A stretch of DNA of 64,000 nucleotides. Source: Haplodiscus bocki. Lineage: Eukaryota. The stretch is taken from contig OZ296654.1 in assembly GCA_965655095.1 (NCBI GenBank), positions 76,756,001 through 76,820,000 of the forward strand, written 5' to 3'. Position numbers and translations under genes: made by a program. Shown here in pieces: positions 52,600 through 64,000 of this stretch. The first letter of the stretch is position 1. Every line of letters starts with the position of its first letter. A model generated the notes under the pieces. That model was not told the origin of the DNA. It made no database searches and saw nothing but the letters and a program-made list of their open reading frames with translations.

Positions 52600-54310
52600 C
52601 GAAAAATTGGTGGAATATAGTTACCTCTGGAATACATGTTTCAACTCTCAGCTGGTTTTTGCCAGCAATATGCATACTCACAGTGGCAAAGTAACGCAAC
52701 AGACCTAATGTGGGCATCCAAATTTGGACTCCTAGTCTGTTTTTGCATAGCGTAGGCATATATATAGTGAAGGCTTGTAGCAAAATACCTACTGTACGCA
52801 TATATGATTGGACTCTACGATTGTTTTGTCCTGAATTATGCAACTAATTAGTGAGAAGTTGACTCAAAATGCCTAGTATAAGCTTCTTAATTTGGATCAT
52901 AAGTTTGTGTAGGCAAACTGTAGGCATCAAATAAAAGAAAAACAGACGCAAGATACCTTGTATGGGCATACGTTGTTGAAACGTTAGATTGTTTTGGCGT
53001 AAAGTATGCATCTGAGTACTGAAAGATTGGACGATTTAACTTAGCATAGGCATAAATATTCGGTTTCTTAGTCCGTTTTGGCATAGCGTACACATCTTTA
53101 TAGTGAAGGAATGATGCAGGATACCCATAACAGTCACTTATACCCGGACTCTTGGAAGTTTCTGGCCTGCAGTAGGCATGCATTTTGTACTGCAATTTGG
53201 ACGAAAGATACCTAGTTTAGGCATTCATACTAAGACTCTTATTTTGTTTTGTCCTACTAGGGGCAACTATATAGTGAAAAATCGAAGGATGATAGCTACT
53301 AAAAGCATACAAGTTCGGACTTTCAGGTTGTTTTGGCCTGCTGTATGCAGCTATATAGAGAAAAATAAAGCAATATGCCCAGAAGAGACAATCAAACTAG
53401 GTTTCTTAGTTTGTTTTGGACTGATTCAGGCATCTATTTACTGAAAAATTGAAGGGTTAAACAAAGTATAGGCATACGTTTTCGGACAGTTAGATTGTTT
53501 AAGTCCGCAGTATGCATCTAAACAGTGATAAATTGACGCAATATACATAGTGTAGGCATCCAAGTATGGACTCTTAGTGTGTTTTGGCATACCTAATGAA
53601 TCTATATAGTGGGAAATGCAATACATCTAGTATAGGTGTAATTATTCGGACTGTTAGGTTTTTCTGACCTGCAGTAGCAGTAGGCATGTATCTTCACACT
53701 CGGAGGTTAACGCGTTATACCTGGTATAGGCAAGCCAAGTCGGATTTGTATATTACCTTGGCATAGCGTAGGCATCTATAGAAAGAGAAACAGACACAAA
53801 AGTATTAGTCCGGGTATACATACCAGGACTCTCACATTGTTTTGGCATGAAGAATGCATCTGAATACTGAAGGATTGAATGAGTGTAATTAGAATTGTGA
53901 GCCAGGTTTGGGCACTTAGGTTGTTTTAGCATGCGGGAGGCAACTAAATACTGATGGATTGAACGAAAAGATATTCAGCCGGAATACAAATTCGGACTTT
54001 TATATTTTTTTGTCAAACTACAGTCAATTTTATATTGAAAGATACGTAGTAAAGGCGTTCATGTTTGGACTTTTAGAAAGTGTCATCATACAATAGGCAT
54101 CTAAACAGTCAAGAATTAATGAACTATACCTAGTTTAGGCAAACAGTATCGGATTCCAGATTGTTCTGGCTTGCAGTAAGTAGGCAAGTATATACTGATG
54201 AGAAGGTGGACTACACCTAGAACAAGCAAACACATTCGGACAATTAGACTGCCTGAGCAAAATTTGAGCATCTAAAAAGTGAAAGTTCGATAGCAAAAAC
54301 CTTGCAAAGC
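52600..54310. repeat. Degenerate ~84-bp tandem repeat, about 20 copies
   Basis: A ggcat...ggactc-like marker recurs at about 52711, 52794, 52878, 52962, 53046, 53130 and 53217 and onward. Each unit has tgttttggc..gtaggcatcta..tagtga and a second taggcat half-site. The minus-strand ORFs show a matching 28-aa period (DAY...PK). Confidence 0.9.
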
Positions 54311-54364
54311 AAAACTTCCTATTTCTAATCCTAGAAAGTTTTGACGTACTACTTAAAAGCTGGC

Positions 54365-57300
54365 CCTAAAATTTGAGTGTCACCAAATTGTTTTCTGTGG
54401 CATGGAGCCTATGATCCTATTTGAACTATGGAAACAACTACCCAGCTCCGAACTATTTGTGAGTTCTTCAAAAGTCGGTGTTTGAAAACATAAAACTGCG
54501 ATTTCGTGGACTTTGTGTCAGGAAATAGGACATTAAAAATCAAATACGTCTCTTGACCTCACAGTGGAACTGGAACAAGTGATACTTTGCAAGGCTCAAA
54601 ACGCACGCTCCAACAAAAGTAGACTTGTTCCAAAGATTGCTTCCGCATTGCGACGATACTGCTGCGAGGTCTTCGTCAAAAACTTGAAATCACAAACTGC
54701 GCAACATCACTCCTACGGAGAAACTACTCTCTTTCAAACACCACTTTGACTATCATTTGTTTTCTCTGGTCTGCAGCGTTTCATCGTAGCATGACTGGAT
54801 CATAAGTTTGAAGAAACTTGCTGCAAACCTAGTTTGTGACTGCAGCAGCTTCTCACTTTTGAACTGAATATGTGACCTCAACCAAACTTGCTCGAACTTT
54901 AACACACGAAAATTTTTTTCAAACTCCAGTCCAAAATTGACATAGGGATTCGATGTAATGTCGTGATATCAACTTGCTGCCTACCCTTACTTAGCAAATC
55001 CCCTTTCCTTGCTAGCAGTTTCCTTTGTGTCTCTCCCAAAAGAATTGGGTTCATTTTTTTAAACTGGAGCCAAAACGGAGGTGTGACATCCTTGAGTAAA
55101 AAAACAAGATAAATGTAATCAACCTATAGAATGTTTTCGACCTTTATTTCGTTTGATGCTTGTAATGTAGTATCCACTCTATAGCTTTGGACTGCCTCAA
55201 AGCTGTATAGTGGAAGAGGATTTTTCTCCATTACGCTTCCGTTTATTGTTTGCGTCAAATGAGACCTATACGTGTAATATTCACCACTACCATGAAGTGC
55301 AATTTATCTACTGTTGGCTCAAAAAAATCTTCTTTGGAAAACAGATGCCACGATAGCGCAATTCATACTTTTAGAACTCCCACGTGCTTCTTTTCCGCTA
55401 ACAGCTCAATCAAAGCCTGACAGTTTTTGAGGAAAGCATCATCAAGCAAATGCGAACAATTAAAGTAAGAAACGCTATCGAAGCCGCAGGTATTGTACCA
55501 AAAGTTTCTGAAGTTAGGGAAAAGACATGCTAGAATCAAGGTGTCTGTTTTTTCAGATACACTTCGCGTTTTTTTCTCATATTTTGACACTGGAAGTGCT
55601 CAAACACTTTTCTAACGTGTTTTCACCGAGTTTCTGTCACCGGACACTCACTAAAGTGCAAACATTTTCCGTTTTTCTTACTGCTGGTAGCTCCAAATTT
55701 TTTAACTTTTCGTTGTCATGAAGGTAAATACAGGGCTAAAATCCTCGGTGGCGCAATAGGTTTTCGTCTTTTGGATTGTAAGTGGAAAAACAATAGTTAA
55801 ACCTGTCTCGCTAGTTGATCAAGTGAGCAACCAAAAAACCAGTAAGAGTCTACGAGGCGGATGTACTCATAGACTGACTTTGTGGTACTCCTAGACTGTC
55901 TTGTGTAAACTTTTCTGTGTATATTCCGATGGTCACACCTGTGGATAGACTAATGTAGATCTCACTCGCGGATGGAGTACCGGCAACCGGATTTTCACTT
56001 GTCAATATAGAGAAAAACGTGATGCATATCATAGTTGACAGGTTGCGGGCGATGATTGGAAAAAAGTTCATTATTTCGCTCTGAAAAATAGATTTTGGTT
56101 GCGCGAATCCTTGGAAATCATCAGAACAGTGAGAGCGGTCAAATATTTTGTGTTCATCTGAGATCAAAAGGAATCCCTGCTCACAAAATAAGCAAATCTG
56201 AGCTGACTCTGGTTTCTCTGGTAGCGCATTTCTCTAGTGTAGTACCGAAGGCTCCGTTTTTTTTATGCTTTTTGGAAGCAAAAGTTTTCAGAGCTTCATC
56301 AGTCCTCACCATACACTTTTCTGAGCTGTCTGGTTGCAAAAATTGGCGTTTAACTGACATGTTTCATTCCTACGATGCAGAAACCTTTAGGGTGATACCT
56401 TTTTTTTCACAAACTTGAGTTCGTGTGTGTTTACTGAGCCAGCCATTGGCTGTATGAGACTTCAAATACAAGTAAATTACTATGGAAGCAAACGAACGTG
56501 CCAAGAGGTTTTTGGTCTCAAGTTTTTTGAGCCTCGAGTTTTTGATTTTTGCAGACCTATGGTTCAAACAAATCACATGATGAAGATGAAATGTAATCTG
56601 ATTCAAGCAACCATGAAAACATTTGCGACATAAGACTTTACCAAAAATAGTTGTCGTACCTTTTACTATGGCCACAGGTCTATAATTGACCCCGATCAGA
56701 AAATATGGATAGTCATAGCAATCGTATACTAACAGTAAGTCAAATCTGAGATCGTTTTTTGTACCTCTCGATAATTCCGTAGGTACAATTTTTTTACCCA
56801 TGTAGCGGAAGACAATATTCTGACAGTTGTTTACTTTCTAAAAAATTTTCATTTCCGCGAAGCTTAATGGCATGTTAACTTCTAGGGTCCTTGGAGAATC
56901 TGAAATGAGAGCAAGTCCAGTTCTGTTCGAATTCTCAGACTGTCGCGGCTTGCAACGTACAACAGCGGGCCATCCTTCGAGTGCCAGTCATCAAGTGAAG
57001 CAGCAAAAGAATTTTTTGTTGTCTTGTCGACTACATATGTGAGGCGTCCTAAATTGGCGTTGTTCGTAAATATGATGATCCTCTTATCCGTTTGAAAATA
57101 TAAAGTTTGACAACGATCTCCACTACGCGAAGCAGTATCCAACTGCTTCCAGACGCCGTGAACGTGAAAGGGGAAATGAGAAATTTGTCTCAGACTGCGA
57201 AAAACTATGGTTGTGAGTGGATGGTTTCATATGTGGGCTGCATCTGCTTCCAAGAAAAAGGATATGTGATTTTTTTGATAGCCTGGAAAGCTCCATTTCT

Positions 57301-57750
57301 GACGTGCAATGTATTTTCCAAGCATTGTCCTTTACTTTCTTGATCAATATCAATTTAGGTTAACATTTTGCTGTCTGAATTCTAGGAAGTTTTTTTGTCT
57401 TCCAAAAAAAGTCTCTGTGGAGAATACCATTGAACTCTCTTGCGATTGGAGCTGTTCGGTCTCGCACAGGATCCCTTGGAGGAAGGAAACCGTGCTCTTC
57501 ATCAATGAGTTCGTAAAAGTCCCGAATTGTCAAACCCTTGTCCAGACGGAACGTACGTCTTTTCAAACATCGTTTCGGGTTTTTTAACGAAGTGCTCACT
57601 TCCACCGAAGTGCAATATCGTTATTTTTCCACACTCTTCAGTCAAAAGCTCAGAGGACTTTTGTGAACATTTCTTCAGTGATGCGTCAAATTGTTGTGGT
57701 TTGCAAGGTTTTTTTGCAGACATCGCAAGTCGTGTTTTTGACCAATTGAA
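54365..57750 (-). pseudogene. pPolB (second lineage) with N-terminal C2H2 zinc finger(s), 3'-truncated
   Basis: CDVCKKNLANHNNLTHH*RNVH (~57730-57665); FTASGSSWIL and RIRGSSY (~57160-57070); LCRKCFHGC; DRSHCSDDFQGFA and PIIARNLS (exonuclease region); KTDTLILACLF; motif A DANN..GSVMEKNPLPL ~55255; motif B FFKLMIQSCYDET ~54815; motif C LFPDTKS ~54520; ends near NNLVTLKF ~54370. Confidence 0.85.
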
Positions 57751-58699
57751 TTCCACTTTTGATTGATTGGAACTACTTGATCAAAATTTTTCTAGATCAG
57801 CTGCCTGTATGGTTAATTTTCATAAAAGTTTCAATTTCTGAAACCTATTTTGTAAGTGGAGCAAAGGAAATAATTTCAATCAATTACTGGTTGATAGCAA
57901 ATGCCTCCGGTAACAAAAATCTGTATAGAAACCTTCTCCGCGTGCAAAGGTAAAACCAGTTGTTGCATCAGAGCCAGACAAAAAACCGATCCGATAAGCT
58001 GAAACGTGGAATTATATTTCATTATGTTCATACAAAGGGTCGCCAAATTTGATTATCTCTCCTCCAGATTTGTTTATGTTCGTAACGTCATAGGCTGCTG
58101 CGTCAACAAACGCTACCACCTGTCTCAGTTTAGTCATCTCAACTGTCTCTGTTTTTTTTTTCTAAACTAGCCGTCATCTCAAGTCTGATTTTTTATTATA
58201 TAAAATTTTCGTCATATATGGCCTTCACTAATATTCAAACTGGATACTGCGGATGTGTTCAAAGCCACGAAACTTCCACTGATACCTTGTTTGCACCAGA
58301 TTTGACCAGAGCACTCTCTGTAAAACTCAAGTCATACTAACAAAAATCAATCACTTGCGCTTGAAAAGTTGCAATAAAGGCAGGGAAGACGGAATAAAGG
58401 AAGCCGTTGTCTTTGCTTAATTCAAAAGAGCTCAAAGTGATGAAGGGCACCGTAAACAAGCACAATTTTTAAAACATTTTCACATCTCTGGGACTCCATC
58501 TACGAGGACGACACTTCAAATTTTGTCTGCAATCCGAACGGATCTTCCAGCGTTTCTGCTTTTCTAATAGTATGCTTTAAATTTCAATCTCAAGTTTTTT
58601 GTTTATTAATAGTGTATTCAGCAAACAACTTTCAATTCTTTCGAAAGATTACAGAGCAAATTCAAAGTAAGCAATACTTCATGTAGGAAAGAAGTTAAC

Positions 58700-59060
58700 T
58701 GCTTGAATAAAACAGAATTTGTTTTTCTGAAACGTATGGATTACAAGCACTTATCTTCAAAGTCAGCAGAATGATTTTTTTGTTTCCACGAAAATGAGAT
58801 CAGAGAATTTTTTATGCTTCCTTCAAGAGCGTAAATAATATGTCAAAACTTTTTCAACTGGGTTGCCAAACAGGTCTTTGATGCCCCGCGTGCACAGTTT
58901 CAGCCAAAGTTGTCCTGGTTTGATTTCTGTTTTGAAAAGACAAAATTGAAAGTGTTAGGATCAACAGGTAGAGGAAAATCAATTGCTCCAGAAACTTGTT
59001 GTTGAAATTTTTGCGTTGTTTGTTGGTCGCTTTCAAATAAATTTCATCGGCCTTTTCCAA
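58700..59060 (-). pseudogene. Adenain-like protease of Polinton B
   Basis: GAIDFPLPVDPNTF (cf. ADNFPLxLxxNTF) and LFGNPV (cf. FADPLG). Immediately downstream of the capsid gene, as in element A. Confidence 0.5.
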
Positions 59061-59074
59061 GAATTAGTTTTTGT

Positions 59075-60339
59075 ATTGAAAAAGATGGGTGTGGAAACTC
59101 TTCGAAAGGATTTAAAGCAAACTGTTATACCTTTTTCTCCAAGGAGACTCATTGCTCCATCGTTTGCCAGAGCAGTCAAAAAGCGAAAACCATTTGAAAA
59201 TGATGCGTTTCTAAGTTTCGGAGGTGCGCCATCCGGATATGCCTGCTGATTACCATTGGAATCAAGCACCATCAATTAAAGATTTGAGTCGTCGGAAAAT
59301 GGAATGTCATAACCAAGATGCCCAAACGCAAGAACTTCCGAAGAAATGAGGTATTATTTTGTGTGTCTCCAAGATCAACGGCATATCAGCAATGGGGCGG
59401 CAGCTACAGTCATTAGTGACATTATTTCTTAACCCAAATTTTACTACTCAAAAGGGTTATTTTGTTCAGCGCCCGCGAATCCAGCATTGGTTGTCTTTGA
59501 GGAAACGAACTTTTTTACATTCACCCTTTCAAAAGTGTCTTCTTCATCTGCACTCTACAATTATAGAGGTTAAATTGCTTCTACTACAACTTCATTGTAA
59601 CAATACAATGCCGGCATCTTGGCTAGTGTAGCCTCACGGACATTGTAAACATTGTCCACAACTGTCATTTTGCAAAAATACTAAATTGCTTAGATAATGC
59701 TAACTTTGTAAATTTTTGCTTCATCGTCGTATATCAAGGTGAATTTTGGCTTTGTCATCGAAAAATGTCGCAAATTAACTCCACACAAAAGATGTTTGCC
59801 ACAAGAGAAAACATCTGCAAATCTCCATTGAAGTTACTAACAGTGAAGTTATGGTCTCTGTCTATGTGTAAAAAAGCAGTTGTGAATTCAATAGTGTTGA
59901 ATTCGTAACAATGTCCCTGAACTTTCAACCACCTTTCTTTCGCCTCTTTGTTGTGAGGAAAGTCTTATTTAATGAAAGCCTTGCGTGCGTGATTTCCGTT
60001 TGCGAATGAGTTTTTTTCTCGTTTTTTGTTATTCTGCAATTGAGTAACAGCAAATGAAGCGAATTGTTCACAAACGCTTCGTTCGCTGTTTGCAGCGTCA
60101 AAAGCAAAGTTGGTTTCAACTGGTTGGGTTTATTTACATTCCACTTCCAGATAAATGTTTTGCAGATCAATTATTAAGCTTAGATTCCTTTCAACTTCGA
60201 ACTCCATTGTGGGTCTATTTGGAACAAAAACGAGAATATTTTCCCGCTCGATTGATGCATCAAAAGAGATCAGTGGAGATAGTTTCTCAAATACATCGAG
60301 TGAGCTATGAGATTCTCCAGCAAATGTTAAATATGGCAA
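59075..60339 (-). pseudogene. Major capsid protein of Polinton B
   Basis: HSSLDVFEK...PNRPTMEFEV...IDLQNIYLEVECK; AFVNNSLHLL; LAFGHLGYDIPFSD; MVLD...QQAYPD..PKLRNASFS..FLTALA...LGEK. Confidence 0.85.
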
Positions 60340-60399
60340 ATTTCTTGACTATTGAAAAAAACTGACCGCTTTCTGACTGACAACCTTTTCCAATTATTG

Positions 60400-60645
60400 A
60401 CTCGGCGTTTTCTTTCTGCTCATCTACCCACTTGGCTCTTAAATGCTTGTTTGTGTGAGTTTCTTCTATGTGCGACTTCAACCAAATCAGGTAGACTTTG
60501 AGAAAACAATTTTTTGCAAATTGATTTGACTGCAAGTAGAAAAACTTTTTGGCAAATGGAATGACTACACGACCAACACCTGCTGCTAGTGAATCGAAAC
60601 TACTGCCTTCTGGTCTCTTGACCAGTAACTGAAAGTAAACGGATT
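60400..60645 (-). pseudogene. Small basic QRGxG-motif virion protein (pX/pVII-like) of Polinton B
   Basis: RPEGSSFDSLAAGVGRVVIPFAKKF (cf. RQRGSGFGSLAxGxGRxAIPF) and QSLPDLVEVA. Lies between penton and capsid. Confidence 0.7.
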
Positions 60646-60664
60646 GTGCAAACTATTGCACCTT

Positions 60665-61500
60665 TTTCAAAACAATTTGAACTTCATTGTCAAGGCAGCT
60701 TCTCCGGTTTTTACCAAGGAACTTTTTTCACCTGTAACTGCAACATGTTCAATTTGGAATTTTTCATTTGTGCCTGTATTTATTTTTTGAAATGTAGTTC
60801 CGAGAAAAAATTATGTGTTGTTGAAATATTTTGTAGTCTGCCGTTCGACATTTTTCTTCAACTATGAATGACATGCAGCAAAAGTGACTTGATGCATGCG
60901 ACATGCTGTTGTTCAAGGACCATAGTGTTCGCAAAGAACATGTTTGTCCGAGGTGTAAGATCACGAAAATAAACATTAAAGAATGCTGATTTCTTTCAGC
61001 CGAAATCATTGTGTTTGCCCACAAAGAAAACATACTTGTGGTGCTTGCCTGGTTCGCCCTTGAACCCCAAGAATTTTAGCATACTGCGGTCTGGAAACCA
61101 TGATATCCTTGAACATAAGGCATACTCGTATTTTGTCATTATTTGGGCAAAACTCCAAAACTTTACTGGAACCTGTTCCGTTTTTCAACATTATCAAGAT
61201 AATTTCCATTTTTTTGTTTTAAACAGAAGTGATTCCGGCAAGGTATCACCAGCTCTCACGCGATACTGGACTTCCTCCTGAATTTGGTTCGGGAAAAGTT
61301 TTTTTCGATACGTTTAGACTGTACAAAAAGTAGTCGTTTGCTGTATTGCTTTTAATGCTACTAGGGAAAATGAATTCAACCAAAAACACACGCCCTTCGT
61401 CTTCTGGTTTGGTTGGATATGGAAGTAGAATGTTGAAGAAAGCCAGCGTGTTGTACGGGGTGTATTGACTTTGAAATCGTAGATATGAGGCAAACTTTAC
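60665..61500 (-). pseudogene. Minor capsid protein (penton-like) of Polinton B
   Basis: VCLISTISKSIHP at the N-terminus; EGRVFLVEFIFPSSIKS (cf. GxWxVALxEIxFP); KILG; VLEQQHVACIKSLLLHVI (cf. IIExQxVGDxKAPLLRVI); EKSSLVK/KVP remnant near the end. Confidence 0.75.
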
Positions 61501-61509
61501 TTCGTCCTA

Positions 61510-61910
61510 TTACTTTAAATGGGGCTCGTAGGAAATTCGTTTCAATGTCGCCTTTTTCTCGACGCACATTTTGTATGGTAGTGAGTTGAAGTTGGCAACT
61601 GAGTAACTGCAAAAATTTTGTCGGTAGACCACTGTTTGTAGCCTTTTTCGATTGTAAAACCTTGTTCGGCTAGAGAAATTCTTTACCACTTGCGAATCTC
61701 GGTTCACTGACAACCCTACTAGACTGTTCTGCAAATGGAAAATTCAAATAAAGTACATGCCGCTTGTACCTTTGTTAGGCACTAAGTCAGCAACACGCCT
61801 AACCCGGGAAACGATGGTTTTGACAAATGACTGCAATCTGTTGATTCAATGTTAGGTCTATTTCTTTTGTTTTCCAGTTTTATAATTATGGCGTTTTTAA
61901 GTGAGCGGCT
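61510..61910 (-). pseudogene. 3' part of rve integrase of Polinton B (5'-truncated)
   Basis: SRSLKNAII (cf. IRSLKNII), RLQSFVKTIVSRVRRVADLVPNK (cf. LQSFVxTINSRxNRxxxLAPNKV) and ISYEPHLK (cf. FYEPEL). Similarity stops abruptly at ~61910. Confidence 0.75.
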
Positions 61911-62099
61911 GGAAGGTAGGAGTGTGAGATGATCAATTGGAGCTGGACGACCCACATGTAATAGGATGGGAAACAGCAGTCCGAGAGCCAAATGGAATGT
62001 AACCAGGTGTTTTGAGCAAGCAGACCCCTCTCCGCTCCTATAATATTCGTGGTTCAATGAAGGAAGGTAGGGTGTGGGGAATTTCGGCACTGTGGCACC

Positions 62100-62360
62100 A
62101 TTTCAAGATAGGGTATACCACCTTAATCTTCCAAGACAAATCGATAATTTAAGTTAATCCATTTTTTAAGATACACCATGCTTTATGATAGCGTTTAACC
62201 GAAGATAGTGTTTACTCCAAGAATAGGTTCGAGTTTTCGGTACCGTAAACGAAGATTACGTTTTTCTGGAACTGTGAGACTAAGTTTCACCCCAAGATAG
62301 GTATCAAACCAATATTTTTATTGAGGGTTAGTACAATGTATTAAGATACGGGTTTAATGT
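62100..62360. repeat. Short degenerate aagatag-motif cluster
   Basis: aagata(g)-like words at about 62105, 62133, 62168, 62186, 62202, 62219, 62252, 62294 and 62343, often followed by gtttt/gttta. Spacing is irregular. Confidence 0.4.
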
Positions 62361-62699
62361 CTCAAATGAATCACGCTTTGTCTGATTGTGGTCACTTTTT
62401 GTCCAATAATAATGTGTGAGCAAAAGTAGAGAAAATTGAGAGGTTACACGGGGACTCCAACCTGGCAGGATAGAGGGAGTTAATCTGAAAGGCCGGGTGG
62501 AAATTTTATGACGCCTGTGTATCTTTTGTGATGCCTGCAACTGTTCTATCACGCGTACAGTTTTTTTGATACGGCTACGGAAGAAACACAAGGTAGCTGA
62601 CAATTTGATGCCTAATGATTTGAAAAAAGATTGCTTTAGAGTTTAGAAAGGTAAATTGAAGAGTTTATATTTTTTAAAAAAATTCATTTTTCCTGGAGT

Positions 62700-64000
62700 T
62701 CAAACTTGCAAGGGAAAAAATGATTCCATAGGACACAACTAGTGGCATAGGATAAAAGCGAAACAGTCCTTTCTCTCTCTGCTCGTAAGTTGCTACACGG
62801 TGGTTCTTTGTGCAGATTCCAAGATTCACTGAAGTTACAATTTTTGTGTGGTCCAACACTTTTCGATAATTTGCCATGGGTCCGTCTCTACCGTTTTCAA
62901 ATGCTTGATTGTTGAATCCCTTGCTGATGAGTTCAAATTTGTTGCTGCGAAAGTTGTAACAGCACTACGTATTGCTACACAAACGCTACATTTCAGTGCA
63001 TTGAAACTCTTCCTTGAACTATTCAGTTTGCCCTTTAACAAGTTTTTTGTGTTTGGCAGAGCAGGTGCGGGGAAAGACAATGCTGAAAGCTTCTGCAGTA
63101 AACCAATCATAACAATTTTTACTACGTGAAAATTCTCACTCCTGTCTTTTCTCCTTTCTCATACACTCATACACTTTTTTTCTGCTAGTGCTAAATACAG
63201 TGAATTGGTATCCAATTTTATCTAATTATACTTGTTAGTTTCGCGAAGTTTTTTCAAAAAAAGGTGCATGAGAGCTCCAGCGTTCTCAACTTGGCGTACA
63301 GCAGGATAAAGAAGACTGCACTGATTGGTTGTTTCTGTTAGTCTTCAAAAAAGGCCAGTTTTACCTAATAAAGTTGGTCGTTGATATGTCCAAAACTCTT
63401 GAAAAATTTGTTGTTGATCGCTGCATGTGTCTTTTAACAATCTTTTATCTTGTATTTGAGTAGCGACTGCGTTCCATAAGTTGATAGCCATACGAGCTGT
63501 TTGAAGCGAACTCCATTGTTTCGGCAACAACACTGCATTTGGGATTCACGACTCTTTGACGACGAGCCTTGACAGGAGTTTGCACAAAGTCGTTGAAACA
63601 TTTAACAGGGGTAAGTTCAACGAAGAGATAAACTTTAGTGCTCACGATTCTTATCTCCAAGTGAAACTGTAGCAAGGGAGTATTGAAAGTGCCATTGGTT
63701 AGATCGAAGCTAGAAATTACATAGCATCGCAACTCGGGCATTAAACCTTCCTTCTCAGCATACTCTTGCAATAATTGTCCATTATCTTGTCTACATGTGT
63801 TTGTACTTTCGAAAATGAACAGGAAGTTGGCAGTGTTTCCTCTCACATGATCTGCATTTTTATCATCACACTCTACCTAACCAAACAATGTGCCTGATTT
63901 TTTTGTCCAATAACTGGTCCAGACATAATGGAAGCTTGCTTGGGAAGAATTCAGTCAAGTGTTGCTTTTCTGACACATCAGCTTTTCAGAGTTCCAACTT
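62700..64000 (-). pseudogene. pPolB pseudogene (first lineage), C-terminal part; continues beyond the window
   Basis: LFG*VECD; QEYAEKEGLM; TPLL; VVAETMEFASNSSYGYQLMERSR (motif B); FFILLYAKLRTLEL; LDTNSLYLALAE ~63215 (motif C, DTDS changed to DTNS); FPRTC; SKGFN...DGPMANYRKVL; VATYEQREKGL..FYP. Confidence 0.92.

Larger units (their letters stand above)
54365..61910 (-). mobile_element. Polinton/Maverick (adintovirus-like) remnant B, - strand
   Basis: Co-oriented pseudogenes in the order integrase (3' part), penton, pX-like, major capsid, protease, gap, pPolB. Sequences are clearly distinct from element A. Confidence 0.9.

Noticed and set aside
51610-52600. Terminal inverted repeat of element A
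   Set aside because: I found no AGTAGT/AGAGAG-type terminus with a matching inverted partner by eye.
52600-54310. CRISPR-like array or C2H2 zinc-finger array (84 bp = 28 codons)
   Set aside because: The whole unit is degenerate-repetitive, with no constant repeat plus unique spacer structure and no cas genes. The translations lack CxxC...HxxxH and TGEKP linkers.
45450-64000. Active Polinton or intact endogenous virus
   Set aside because: Every gene has stops or frameshifts, and catalytic motifs are mutated (Walker A RPSEKKKT; DTKS; DTNS).

Overview
AT-rich, eukaryote-like DNA with no intact long ORF and no recognisable host gene. The window is a graveyard of decayed Polinton/Maverick (adintovirus-like) elements. 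(1) About 9.69-44.87 kb is a head-to-tail array of 21 copies of a ~1.69-kb unit. By eye, the unit is a heavily decayed C-terminal half of a Polinton protein-primed DNA polymerase B (pPolB) gene, with about 15 motif remnants in the correct order. (2) Directly downstream on the + strand (45.4-51.6 kb) is a pseudogenised Polinton gene block: two accessory ORFs, packaging ATPase, a conserved ORF, integrase, penton, a QRGxG (pX-like) protein, major capsid and adenain-type protease. (3) A degenerate ~84-bp satellite lies at 52.6-54.3 kb. (4) A second, different Polinton lies on the - strand (54.4-61.9 kb): integrase fragment, penton, pX-like, capsid, protease and a zinc-finger-led pPolB of another lineage. 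(5) A third pPolB pseudogene (62.7-64 kb, - strand) runs off the window. The first 9.6 kb holds a non-LTR RT fragment and unresolved decayed sequence. All protein calls come from hand translation across frameshifts, compared with remembered family motifs and with in-window paralogues. No search was run, and boundaries are approximate (tens of bp).
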